64,000 nt of DNA from Dehalococcoidia bacterium. Lineage in GTDB: Bacteria > Chloroflexota > Dehalococcoidia > Lucifugimonadales > JADFKI01. Below the pieces are notes generated by a model, which ran no database searches, had not been told where the DNA came from, and saw nothing but the letters and a program-made list of their open reading frames with translations. Shown here piece by piece: positions 1 through 8,655 of this stretch. The stretch lies in contig OZ241999.1 of assembly GCA_965204605.1 (NCBI GenBank), positions 364,598 to 428,597 of the forward strand, given 5' to 3'. A program made the translations under genes and the position numbers. Position 1 is the stretch's first letter, and each line of letters opens with the position of its first letter.

Positions 1-221
1 GTTCGTCGTCGACAAAGTCGTCGTCATCGGGCGACGCTTCGTCGAGCAGGGTAACGCGCACCACGGCGGGTTCGCTGCCGATGCCTAGCAGGCCGCTTCT
101 GCCTTGGTTAACGACGTCTATTCGCACCTCGTCGCGATCGGCGCCTAGTTGATTTAGGGCGGCTTCGATTGCCTCTTCGGGGGTTTTGCCGGTTGTCTCT
201 ATCGTCCGCATCGTTAGTAGT
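1..221 (-). CDS. jag: Jag/KhpB RNA-binding protein, N-terminal part (gene runs off the left edge)
   Basis: Not in the ORF track because no stop falls in the window. The reverse strand from ATG 221..219 reads MRTIETTGKTPEEAIEAALNQLGADRDEVRIDVVNQGRSGLLGIGSEPAVVRVTLLDEA, a typical Jag N-terminal domain. A GAGGAG RBS lies about 10 nt upstream. It sits directly downstream of yidC, as in many monoderm bacteria. Confidence 0.8.
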
Positions 222-1034
222 CTCCTCGGCGGGGGCGGTTGCCACAGCGGTGGCCGCCGCTGCGCCTGCCACTGCGGGGACAGGCTCCTCGCGCTTAAAT
301 TTCAGCATATCTACGAGCGGCCCCCAGCCGGTGACGAAGCCCTGAATTACCATCCCGACGAAGTTGGACACTATCCAGTAGAGCGCCAGTCCGCTGGGGA
401 ATGTGGTGGTGAAGAAGCCGAACATAATCGGCATCATCCAGAGCATCATCTTGCTGGTCTGCGCCTGACGGGGATCGGCGGAGGGCATTGTGGTGGTCTT
501 TTGCATCAGGAACATAGACACGCCCACCAGCACGGGCATAACGGGCAGCGTGTCCGGCTTGGCAAGGTCAAGCCATAGGAACGAATTGTTGATGGGTATG
601 ACGTCGTTCACGAAGGGCATCCAAGGGTAGAGATGCCCGGACAATCCTACAAGACGCTCAGGCGTGGACGGCAGCGTTTGGATTACCGCCTGGAACAGCC
701 CTATCCATATGGGGAATTGGATGAAGAGCGGCCCAAGGCAGCCGATTGGGTTGACGCCGTTTGCCTTGTAGATCGCCATCGTTTCGCGCGAAAGCCGCTG
801 ACGGTCGTCGGAATGCTTCTCTTGGAGTTCCTTCAGCTTGGGTTGAAGTTCGGTCATCTTCTTCATCTGGCGGCTTTGGCGCACGGTGAGCGGGATAAGC
901 ACCGCGCGCACCAGCAGCGTGAATGCGATGATGGCGACGCCGAAGTTTAGGAAGAACACGCTGTACAACAGCACAAGGCTGTTTATCATCGGTTGGATGA
1001 TGAGCAGGTTCCAGATGTCTATGAATATCTGCAT
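108..1034 (-). CDS. yidC: YidC/Oxa1-family membrane protein insertase (short monoderm type with basic C-terminal tail)
   Basis: 308-aa polytopic ORF with YidC core motifs (PLTVRQSRQMKKM..LQPK..ELQEK, NPIGCLGPLFIQFPIWIGLF, FPSGLALYWIVSN) and an Arg-rich tail. Lies in the rnpA-yidD-yidC-jag neighbourhood. Confidence 0.9.
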   Translation of the reverse strand: MQIFIDIWNLLIIQPMINSLVLLYSVFFLNFGVAIIAFTLLVRAVLIPLTVRQSRQMKKMTELQPKLKELQEKHSDDRQRLSRETMAIYKANGVNPIGCLGPLFIQFPIWIGLFQAVIQTLPSTPERLVGLSGHLYPWMPFVNDVIPINNSFLWLDLAKPDTLPVMPVLVGVSMFLMQKTTTMPSADPRQAQTSKMMLWMMPIMFGFFTTTFPSGLALYWIVSNFVGMVIQGFVTGWGPLVDMLKFKREEPVPAVAGAAAATAVATAPAEETTNDADDRDNRQNPRRGNRSRPKSTRRRSRRGANRRR

Positions 1035-1081
1035 TTGTCTTTCAGTATATCAGCATGGTGGGCGGTTGTGGGCGCGCGGAT

Positions 1082-1435
1082 TCAGCGCATAAGCGCGCTT
1101 ACCCGATTGACGAACCGGCGCACCTTTGGACGGTCGGTATCTATTTGGAAGTCTTCCATAAAGCCGTGGTAGAAGTTGGCGTGGAACTTTTCGGCCGCCA
1201 TAAATCCCGCATCCAAGGCGGGATCGTTCATTTCATCTATGAGGCGTTCAACGGCCTCCTTCAAAGCGTAATGGGTGCCGAACTGCCAGCCGCGTTGCTG
1301 CGCCATCGCCATAACGGAATGCGCGGCTGCGCCCCAAAGCTTCTCTGAGGCTTGCAGCGTCTTGCCTTCAGCGAACTCGCGGTCGGCTTCTTGCAGGAAA
1401 TCCTGCGCGGTGTGTATATGCTCTTGCTGCAGCAT
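1082..1435 (-). CDS. PaREP1/HEPN-like four-helix protein, paralog A
   Basis: About 80% identical to the ORF at 1552..1905. Pattern A..FL.EA..EF..G....ASEKLWGAAAH...A.A..RGW....H..L...V.RL.........AE.FHANFY.GF matches what I recall for bacterial proteins annotated as PaREP1 family (HEPN superfamily). I prefer ATG 1435 with GGAG 8 nt upstream over the GTG 1555 start in the track, by analogy with the paralog. Confidence 0.55.
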   Translation of the reverse strand: MLQQEHIHTAQDFLQEADREFAEGKTLQASEKLWGAAAHSVMAMAQQRGWQFGTHYALKEAVERLIDEMNDPALDAGFMAAEKFHANFYHGFMEDFQIDTDRPKVRRFVNRVSALMR

Positions 1436-1551
1436 TTGCCATTCTCCGTTGGGTTTGCCATCCCCCTCATAATTGGGCGGGCGGATGGACGCTTGTTTGG
1501 GTTCATTGCGCCGAATTCGGGTAGCGGCGGCTTGGTAGCGCGATTGGCGGC

Positions 1552-1905
1552 TCACTGCATCAGCGCGTTGATGCGCTCGACGAAACGGCGCACCTTTGGG
1601 CGGTCAGCGTCTATTTGGAAGTCTTCCATAAAGCCGTAGTAGAAGTTGGCGTGGAACATTTCGGCCGCCAAAACCCCGCCCGCAATCATAGGATCGTCAT
1701 ACTCATTGGCGAGGCGTTTCACTGCCATTTTGAGATCGTAGTGAGTGTCGAACTGCCAGCCGCGTTGCTGCCCTATCGCCATAACGGAATGCGCGGCGGC
1801 GCCCCAAAGCTTCTCTGACGCTTGCAGCGTATTACCTTCGGCGAACTCGCGGTCGGCTTCTTGCAGGAAATCCTGCGCCGTATGTGTATGCTCTTGCAGC
1901 AGCAT
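1552..1905 (-). CDS. PaREP1/HEPN-like four-helix protein, paralog B
   Basis: 117-aa ORF from ATG 1905 preceded by GGAGG. Tandem duplicate of 1082..1435, with long near-identical DNA stretches (for example around 1140 and 1610). Confidence 0.55.
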   Translation of the reverse strand: MLLQEHTHTAQDFLQEADREFAEGNTLQASEKLWGAAAHSVMAIGQQRGWQFDTHYDLKMAVKRLANEYDDPMIAGGVLAAEMFHANFYYGFMEDFQIDADRPKVRRFVERINALMQ

Positions 1906-1936
1906 TAGCCGCCTCCGATTGCGCTTTGCCCGTCCG

Positions 1937-3046
1937 TTAGCAGTCTTCCACGCGCCCCTTTACGACGGGGTTTTCTTCGTCCGGATTATGCACCCACTCT
2001 TCGTCGGGGTTGCCGTTAGTTTTGACCTTGAGCGCGCGGATGGTCTTGTCGTGAGCGCTCAGGAACACCACGCCGTCTTTGACCGCCAGTGAAGAGCGAA
2101 CCTGCGTGTTCATATTGCAGGCGTCCACCGGGTTGCCGTCGCTTAGGCGGACGATGTGAAGTTTGCCGTCGTCGGAGCCTACGGCTATCATATCAAAAAC
2201 TACGGCGGGGGAACCCACAATTGGACCTTCGGTTGTGAGCGTCCAGCGAAGCGCGCCGGTGCGCTTGTCCAGCGCGTAGAGATTGCCGTCCAGCGATGGG
2301 GCGTACACGCTGTCGCCATGCACGAGGGGCGTCCCCCAGTACCAGCCGCTTGCGCCGTTGAATGTCCAAGCGCGGCTGCCGTCGGCGGCGTTGACCGCGT
2401 AAAACACGCCGTCGAACGATCCGACGTACACCCTGCCGTCGTCGACCACGGGCGTGGACGCTACCGCGCTGCCGGTGGCGAACTGCCAAATCTTGCTGCC
2501 GTCTTCGAGGCTGAGCGCGTAGATATTCTTGTCAAGCGAAGTGGCATACACCACGCCGTCGGCCGCGACTGGGGACGACCATACCTTGTTGCCCGTCTGA
2601 AACGCCCAGAGCAACGATTCTTCTTGATGATCGAACGCATACACCTTGTAATCGTCCGATCCCACAAGCACAACGCCGTCCGCGACGGTGGGTGCTCCCA
2701 CGATGGGGCCGCCTACCGGTTCCTGCCACTGCTCGATGAGGTCAGGCGTGGAGAGCGCGTACAGCATGCTATCGTAGCCACCCACATAGAGAGCGCCGCT
2801 ATGCAGCGCGGGCGTTCCATAGACGCCGCGCAAGCTCTCTTCGCCGCGCAGGATGAAGCGATCGAGCGTTTCGCCGTTCCGAGTGTCGATAGCGCGCACA
2901 TCGCCGGCGCGCGTGCCGATGTAGAGGGTATCGCCGTCCAGCGCGCCGCCGGACCAGCCTTCCGGGGTGGCGATGCGTCCGGCGCATGCTGTCAGCGTCA
3001 GTAGCATCAGCGAAAGCAACGCAATCAGCGCCGATTGTTTCGCCAT
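1937..3046 (-). CDS. PQQ-like beta-propeller repeat lipoprotein (BamB-like fold)
   Basis: Lipobox LLTLTAC follows a signal peptide from ATG 3046. Repeated motifs such as DG..LY.G...G.V.A.D...G..LW and VV.DG.VYVGS..G..YA..A.DG are typical of PQQ-like propellers. Confidence 0.75.
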   Translation of the reverse strand: MAKQSALIALLSLMLLTLTACAGRIATPEGWSGGALDGDTLYIGTRAGDVRAIDTRNGETLDRFILRGEESLRGVYGTPALHSGALYVGGYDSMLYALSTPDLIEQWQEPVGGPIVGAPTVADGVVLVGSDDYKVYAFDHQEESLLWAFQTGNKVWSSPVAADGVVYATSLDKNIYALSLEDGSKIWQFATGSAVASTPVVDDGRVYVGSFDGVFYAVNAADGSRAWTFNGASGWYWGTPLVHGDSVYAPSLDGNLYALDKRTGALRWTLTTEGPIVGSPAVVFDMIAVGSDDGKLHIVRLSDGNPVDACNMNTQVRSSLAVKDGVVFLSAHDKTIRALKVKTNGNPDEEWVHNPDEENPVVKGRVEDC

Positions 3047-3169
3047 AATATGTTTTGCGGATAGTCTTATGCGGGCATCTGTCGAAGGCTTAATCAAAAC
3101 TTTGTCTTTCGGCGCGCTTTGCGGCGGCGCGGCGGTTGCAGCGCAGATTTGGGATAGGATATGCGTGGG

Positions 3170-3385
3170 TTATGGAACGGGATCGTAGCCGCTGCGTCCG
3201 CCGGGACGGCAACGCGCGATGCGTCTGACGCCGAGCCAAACGCCGCCCGCTATGCCGTATCGGGCGATAGATTCGTAGGCGTATGCCGAGCAGGTGGGAT
3301 GATAGCGGCACATTCCGGCGGCGATATAGGGGGACAGCGCCTTCTGATAGAAGCGAATGGCTGCCAAGGCAAGCGTTTGCATCAT
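3170..3385 (-). CDS. yidD: Membrane protein insertion efficiency factor YidD
   Basis: 71 aa with [12 protein letters not shown]....[17 protein letters not shown], the YidD signature. Has a 4-nt ATGA overlap with rnpA. Confidence 0.9.
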   Translation of the reverse strand: MMQTLALAAIRFYQKALSPYIAAGMCRYHPTCSAYAYESIARYGIAGGVWLGVRRIARCRPGGRSGYDPVP

Positions 3386-3750
3386 TTATCTCTATCGGCA
3401 ACGGCGGGCGGCGCATCCAGCAGCTTCGCCCGTCTAAAAAGCCTCATCAGCGAGCGGCTAAGCCGCCGGCCGTCTGCGTCGGCGGCGTCCTTGCGCGCTA
3501 TGACCACAAAGTCCCAGCCGCCTTCGATTCGCGCGGCTACATCTTGGCGCGCCGTTTCGCGCAGTCGGCGCTTCACGCGGTTTCGCGCAACGGCGTTGCC
3601 CACGCGCTTGCTGACCGAAAACCCAAAGCGGCAGGTTTCGCTATCAGTGCGCCGCGCGATAAGCACAAGAAGCTTATCCGACCAGCTTCTGCCGCCGCGC
3701 CGCGCCGCCGCAAAATCCCTCGATTTTCTGAGACGCATCTGCTTTCGCAT
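3382..3750 (-). CDS. rnpA: Ribonuclease P protein component
   Basis: 122 aa with LRKSRDF......G......LLVL and the RNR motif ([16 protein letters not shown]). Lies downstream of rpmH. Confidence 0.9.
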   Translation of the reverse strand: MRKQMRLRKSRDFAAARRGGRSWSDKLLVLIARRTDSETCRFGFSVSKRVGNAVARNRVKRRLRETARQDVAARIEGGWDFVVIARKDAADADGRRLSRSLMRLFRRAKLLDAPPAVADRDK

Positions 3751-3855
3751 AGCGGTTTCACAACGAAGTTCGGCAAAACGCGGATAGACGGGATGCGCGG
3801 ATACGCCATATGCGCCGTCGCCTTGCGGCCTTGCCGCGCTATTGGGGCAAAGCGC

Positions 3856-3993
3856 TCAAACGGTGAGCTTATGGCGTCCCTTGAACATGCGGCGCTTCAG
3901 CACATTGCGCCCGCCCTTGCTGCTCATACGCGCGCGAAAGCCATGCACGCGCATTCGGCGGCGCTTTCTGGGTTGGTAAGTTCGTTTAGGCAT
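3856..3993 (-). CDS. rpmH: 50S ribosomal protein L34
   Basis: Too short for the ORF track. The reverse strand translates to [45 protein letters not shown] (45 aa), canonical L34. Confidence 0.9.
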   Translation of the reverse strand: MPKRTYQPRKRRRMRVHGFRARMSSKGGRNVLKRRMFKGRHKLTV

Positions 3994-4161
3994 TGCTAAT
4001 CTAGTCCGATTCGCCCGCGCGTCTGCGATTTGACGCCGATTGCGCCTGAAATGCGGCTGACGGGCGTATAAAAATTGCGAAAGTCTAATAACCGATTATA
4101 CCGATTTCTAAAAAGCAGGTCAATTGATAGTTGAAGGGTGATTGCACTACCCTCTTCCGTC

Positions 4162-4189
4162 TTGCATCTTTGCGCCTTTGCGCTAAAAT
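4162..4189 (+). promoter_or_regulatory. Putative sigma70-type promoter (TTGCAT-16-TAAAAT) for the GLUG protein gene
   Basis: -35 TTGCAT at 4162..4167 and -10 TAAAAT at 4184..4189, about 45 nt upstream of the start codon. Confidence 0.4.
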
Positions 4190-4233
4190 GCCCCCAAACC
4201 CAAAATGCTTAAACTTGAAGGGGTGTGTTCCCA

Positions 4234-6363
4234 ATGTTGCGTACATTCTTTGACTTTCGCCGCGTCTCAACGCTGATAGCGCTGCTTCTCATAATCGCAT
4301 TGGCGGCCGTAATGTTCGCCAGCGCCCCGGCAGCCACGCAAACCACGCCCGCCGACGCAACCGCCACGCCTACCGCAACTGGCACGGCAACCGCAACCGC
4401 AACGCCTACCCCGGATCCGGATGCGACTGCTACGCCCACCGCCACGGCCACAGCAACCGCCACGCCTACCGTGCCGCCCGCCAACGCCGACTACGACGTC
4501 GACAACGACGGACTCATCGAAATCAGAACCCTCCCCCAACTCAACGCCATACGCTACGACCTCAACGGCAACGGCAAGCAGGACTCCGTCAGCGCCGCAA
4601 ACTGGGCTACCTACACAACCGCTTTCCTCAACGCCGCGTCCGACATGGGCTGCCAGCTCACCGACCACGACTTCGATTCCAGCACCCCCCAACAAGCCAC
4701 CTGCACCGGCTACGAACTGATGCAGGACCTAAACTTCGACACCGACGGCGACGGGGATGTGGATGCCTCAGACACAGGTTCCTACCCCAATTGGACACCC
4801 ATCGGCGACACAACCAACTCGTTCAACGCCACATTCAAGGGCAACCTCATCGACGGCGTGATGCCCAAAATCTCCAATCTCACGATAAGCGGCGCATCAA
4901 CGGATGTGGGGCTGTTCGGCGCAACCGGCTCCAACGCGCGCATTGAAAGCATAGGGCTTGTGGATGTCAATTTGAACATGACCACTTCGACCGGCGATGC
5001 GAGGATTGGCGCGCTTGCGGGAAGCAACGCCGGCAAGGTAATCGCATGCTACTCCACCGGCGCGATAACCGTCACCGCGGGCGCGGGAAGCTACGCCGGC
5101 GGTCTAGTGGGCTACAATGCAGGAACCGGAGCCGCCATAGCCGCCGGCTTCTCCCGCGCTACCGTCTCCATATCCATACACGCCACCGCCACCGGCAGCA
5201 TGGACATCTACGCCGGTGGTCTAGTGGGGCAAAACGCCCGACAAGGAAGATTGACAGCCACATACGCTGCGGGCGCGGTCAAAGGCAAGGGCGGCAGCGG
5301 CAGCTACGTCGGCGGCCTAGTCGGGGACAATCTCGGGACGATAACCGCCAGCTACTCCATAGCGCCCGTTACCGCCGCCGGCATGACTCCTACCGCCACC
5401 GCATCCAATAAACCCGGAATCGGCGGGCTGATAGGCTACAACGATCCCTCCGCCACGGTAACCACCAGCTACTGGGACTACATAGCCAGCGGAGCGCCCG
5501 ACGACGACGGACCCGCGATGCCGGAGGGGAAGTCCACTTACGATCTTCTATCGCCCATATCCGCCGCCGGCATATACGCCGATTGGGACGACCTGACTAT
5601 CGACGGCGCGAACGACGTTGATCCGTGGAACTTCGGCGGCGATGCGCGTGAACGGCATCCGCAGCTGACATACGGCGGACACGCCACCACAGCCCTATCG
5701 GGCAATCAGCATTTTTCGGCCATCGGCGTGTCTTACTACAGATACACCAGCGGCAGCGGATACAGAGGTCATCCCCGAGAGGGTATAACTCTTATATCCA
5801 ACAGGGGCGGAGCCGGTGGCGCGCGCGTCAGCAATTGGATATGGGAGAGTTCCACCGACGGCATCGATTGGACTACGCTTGTTCCACTGCCCGGCAAATC
5901 ACGCCGTACACTCAGCGGCGCGGGCAACACTTATCGCTTCGTCCCTAGATCGGAGCATATAGGCAAATACATCCGCGCTAAGATGCAATTGACGACGGGC
6001 AGCCACGCTTACACAACTTATACAAGGGTGGTAGGCAAGGTAAAGGCTCCCACTAACGCCCCCACGCTGAGCTTCGCCGGCGGCCACAACTGGACTTTCG
6101 TTGATAGAGAGGTAACGGTTGCCTCGCTGCCTTCGGGCGCTAAGGGACTGTGGTATCGCTGCGGCTCCAACAGCGCCAGCCCGCCAAGCGCAGGGTGTGA
6201 GCTAGTCGGAAGCCGTCCCTCATACATACCGGGAACCGCCGACTTAGGTCATTACCTCTACGCCTACATATACTATAAGAACGCCGACGGCGCATGGATG
6301 CGCGCAGCTACCGGCTTCACGCCGCAAAAGGTGATTGGCGAGCGTGTCTCGCAGTGGCGGTAG
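4234..6363 (+). CDS. Secreted GLUG-motif repeat protein with N-terminal Thr/Pro/Ala linker
   Basis: Signal peptide, then the linker [36 protein letters not shown], then a D.DNDG Ca-binding-like motif. Repeated units (GLFG.., IGALAGSNAGKVIACYSTG, YAGGLVGYNAG, YAGGLVGQNA, YVGGLVGDNLGTITASYS, GIGGLIGYN...TTSYWD) match the GLUG motif. The track start is GTG 4225; ATG 4234 is more likely. Confidence 0.65.
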   Translation: MLRTFFDFRRVSTLIALLLIIALAAVMFASAPAATQTTPADATATPTATGTATATATPTPDPDATATPTATATATATPTVPPANADYDVDNDGLIEIRTLPQLNAIRYDLNGNGKQDSVSAANWATYTTAFLNAASDMGCQLTDHDFDSSTPQQATCTGYELMQDLNFDTDGDGDVDASDTGSYPNWTPIGDTTNSFNATFKGNLIDGVMPKISNLTISGASTDVGLFGATGSNARIESIGLVDVNLNMTTSTGDARIGALAGSNAGKVIACYSTGAITVTAGAGSYAGGLVGYNAGTGAAIAAGFSRATVSISIHATATGSMDIYAGGLVGQNARQGRLTATYAAGAVKGKGGSGSYVGGLVGDNLGTITASYSIAPVTAAGMTPTATASNKPGIGGLIGYNDPSATVTTSYWDYIASGAPDDDGPAMPEGKSTYDLLSPISAAGIYADWDDLTIDGANDVDPWNFGGDARERHPQLTYGGHATTALSGNQHFSAIGVSYYRYTSGSGYRGHPREGITLISNRGGAGGARVSNWIWESSTDGIDWTTLVPLPGKSRRTLSGAGNTYRFVPRSEHIGKYIRAKMQLTTGSHAYTTYTRVVGKVKAPTNAPTLSFAGGHNWTFVDREVTVASLPSGAKGLWYRCGSNSASPPSAGCELVGSRPSYIPGTADLGHYLYAYIYYKNADGAWMRAATGFTPQKVIGERVSQWR

Positions 6364-6834
6364 GACTATTAACGAAAGGCAAGCCGTCCATGCGCGCAGT
6401 TTGAATACAGCGCATCAAACCGCCCCGCTCTGCCATCCCGCCTACCATACGCCTAGCCAACATTCCCCGCTGGCGAAAACCAACCCTACGGCAATCGGAC
6501 GCGCCAAACCCGATTGCCGCAGGGCTTTTCGTCTTATCGCGGGCGGCGGACGTCTGCGATTTGAGCGCCGCAAACCCCGCATTTTCATAATTGAGACGCA
6601 TTAGACTATAATAGGGGCAAGCCGATTCGCTTTATGAAGCAAGTTATGGCGCACTATGACCTGCATATAGTCGGCGATACGGCGACCGCCGATTAGGATA
6701 TGCGCGCGGGCATATCGCGGCGTAATGCCGGACGTCGACGCCGCACCGCCGGCCGGATGCGCAAGAACGAACACACGCGATCGGCGGCAACCATTCGGCT
6801 AAACGATGCTCCGACGGATATTGGCGAAACTGAG

Positions 6835-7677
6835 ATGGCAAATCGTATGCGGGCTATCTACACCACAGGATTGGCGCTCTTGGCGGCTGCGCTTGTAGCC
6901 GGCTGCAACGGCGGACCCTCGCCTGCGTCCCCCACGCCCGTCACCGCGCCGCCGGCCGCCGCGCCCGCAACCCCGACGACTTCCGCAATGCCATCGACGG
7001 CAACCGCGCCAAGCGCCGCGCCCGCGAATACGCCCACGACCGCCGCCGCGCCAAGCATCGCGCCCGCAACGCCCACGTCATCGGCCGCGCCAAGCATAGC
7101 GCCCGCAGCGCCTACGCCCACGCCCGCAGTAGCGCCCATCGACGACTCTGCGGTGATGTGCGGCGAGGCGGCCGAGGCGGCGCCGTCGCTCGCGAATGTT
7201 GTTGAGCGGCTCGGCTACGCGCTCATGCCCACGCTGCTGCCGGACGGCTTCGCATTCGCGGGAGTATCGGCAAGCGGCAACGCAATCACGCAGATATACC
7301 AGCAAGGCGGCAGCGCCGGCAGCCCCCCGCGCAACCTCATCCTCGCCTATCCCGTGGAGTTTTCGCCCGACGGCGCATCGGGTCCGCTCGGATGGGAACG
7401 CCCCGAAGACGCGGTGAGCGAACTGCGCCTGGGAGACCAAACGGCGTACATAATGAGCGGCGGCTGGTCGGACGCAAGCATCATAGCGGGGCCCGGGCTC
7501 AGCCCGGACAAAGCGGAGTGGGACTACGACAAATCGCTGGCGCTGTTCTTCGCCTGCCGCGCCGACGACGGGGACGAAATCAGTCTTGCCATACAAGCGC
7601 TGCCCGGCCCCGTTGACTGGATAAGCAAGCGCGAAATCGTGGACATCGCCCACGCATTGCGGCGCATAACCCCATAG
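6835..7677 (+). CDS. Lipoprotein with Pro/Ala/Thr-rich linker and C-terminal globular domain of unknown function
   Basis: ATG 6835 gives MANRMRAIYTTGLALLAAALVAGC (lipobox). A ~90-aa PA/PT repeat linker follows (APSIAPATPTSSAAPSIAPAAPTPTP). The upstream part of the track ORF is Arg-rich and unlikely to be coding. Confidence 0.5.
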   Translation: MANRMRAIYTTGLALLAAALVAGCNGGPSPASPTPVTAPPAAAPATPTTSAMPSTATAPSAAPANTPTTAAAPSIAPATPTSSAAPSIAPAAPTPTPAVAPIDDSAVMCGEAAEAAPSLANVVERLGYALMPTLLPDGFAFAGVSASGNAITQIYQQGGSAGSPPRNLILAYPVEFSPDGASGPLGWERPEDAVSELRLGDQTAYIMSGGWSDASIIAGPGLSPDKAEWDYDKSLALFFACRADDGDEISLAIQALPGPVDWISKREIVDIAHALRRITP

Positions 7678-7679
7678 CG

Positions 7680-8489
7680 ATGGCAGACCGCAGCCAGCCG
7701 CCCCCAAACGGCGCTGAACGCCCGCGCGAATGCCGTCAGCAGACGGACAGCGGCGAACAGACGGCGGCGGACGCGCAACAGAATGTCGACGGGCAGTCGA
7801 CGACGGACACGCAGCAGAGCGGCGAACAATCGACGGACACGCAACATAACGACGGCGAACAGACGTCGGCGGACACGCAATGGCGCGGTGGCAAACGCCT
7901 TCGTATAGCGGCGGCGGCACTTGTGGTTATCGGCGTGCTGGCGCTGACCGCATTGCTGGCGCTGGGCTTGACCAACCGATCCAGCCCCACCGGACGCAGC
8001 GGCGCAACTCGCATCCACAAGCCGGCGCCCCCCATAAACATATCGCTGTACAACGGCGGCGGCATATCCCCGGAGCGCTACGCCGGCAAGCCGCTTGTGG
8101 TGAACTTCTGGGCATCGTGGTGCGGCCCCTGCCGCCAAGAAGCGCCCCTATTCGAGCGCTTGTGGCGCGAATACGGCGCGCGCGGCGTAGTCTTTATCGG
8201 CGTCAACATCCAAGACGCCCACGCCGACGCCCGCGCATACCTCAGCGAATTCGGCATAACCTACCCCAACGGCTACGACGAAGGCGGCAGGATTTCGGTG
8301 GACTACGGCGTCATAGGCATCCCCGTAACCTTCTTCATCAACCGCGAAGGCGTAGTGGAACGCCGCTGGGTAGGCGCGGTACGCGAGGCAAAGCTTCGCC
8401 TATGGATAGACGAACTAGCGCGCGGCGCAGCGCCCAGCGGCGGCGATACAGAAAGCGCGAACACCGACGATTATAGGCCGCTACGGTAG
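7680..8489 (+). CDS. Membrane-anchored TlpA/ResA-like thiol:disulfide oxidoreductase
   Basis: Disordered Q/T/D-rich N-terminus, one TM helix, then a thioredoxin fold with PLVVNFWASWCGPCRQEAP (CxxC) and YGV.GIPVTFFI. Confidence 0.8.
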   Translation: MADRSQPPPNGAERPRECRQQTDSGEQTAADAQQNVDGQSTTDTQQSGEQSTDTQHNDGEQTSADTQWRGGKRLRIAAAALVVIGVLALTALLALGLTNRSSPTGRSGATRIHKPAPPINISLYNGGGISPERYAGKPLVVNFWASWCGPCRQEAPLFERLWREYGARGVVFIGVNIQDAHADARAYLSEFGITYPNGYDEGGRISVDYGVIGIPVTFFINREGVVERRWVGAVREAKLRLWIDELARGAAPSGGDTESANTDDYRPLR

Positions 8490-8655
8490 GCATGAACTGA
8501 GACACTTACGGCTATCTAGAGGCGCGCTGTGCGCCGAAAAGCGAACCCAATCACGCTTGACGATAGCAATAATGTTCTGATTAAATAGTGGTCAACTCAC
8601 ACCCAAAGCGCATGCCGCGCGCGAATCCGTTCATACGAATACGCAGGCAAACGCC

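Noticed and set aside
4020-4033. The 14-mer CGTCTGCGATTTGA is shared by two intergenic regions (4020..4033 and 6552..6565), suggesting a common operator.
   Set aside because: A single exact 14-mer repeat is expected by chance several times in 64 kb when both strands are counted. The flanks do not align and it is not palindromic.
4000-4224. Replication origin or DnaA boxes next to rpmH.
   Set aside because: No TTATCCACA-like boxes or AT-rich unwinding element are visible, and dnaA is not adjacent. I could support only a promoter-like sequence for the downstream gene.
6364-6834. The 470-bp gene-free region upstream of the lipoprotein gene as a possible riboswitch or sRNA.
   Set aside because: I found only short local hairpins and no motif I can match to a known riboswitch class. 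The evidence is insufficient without covariance analysis.
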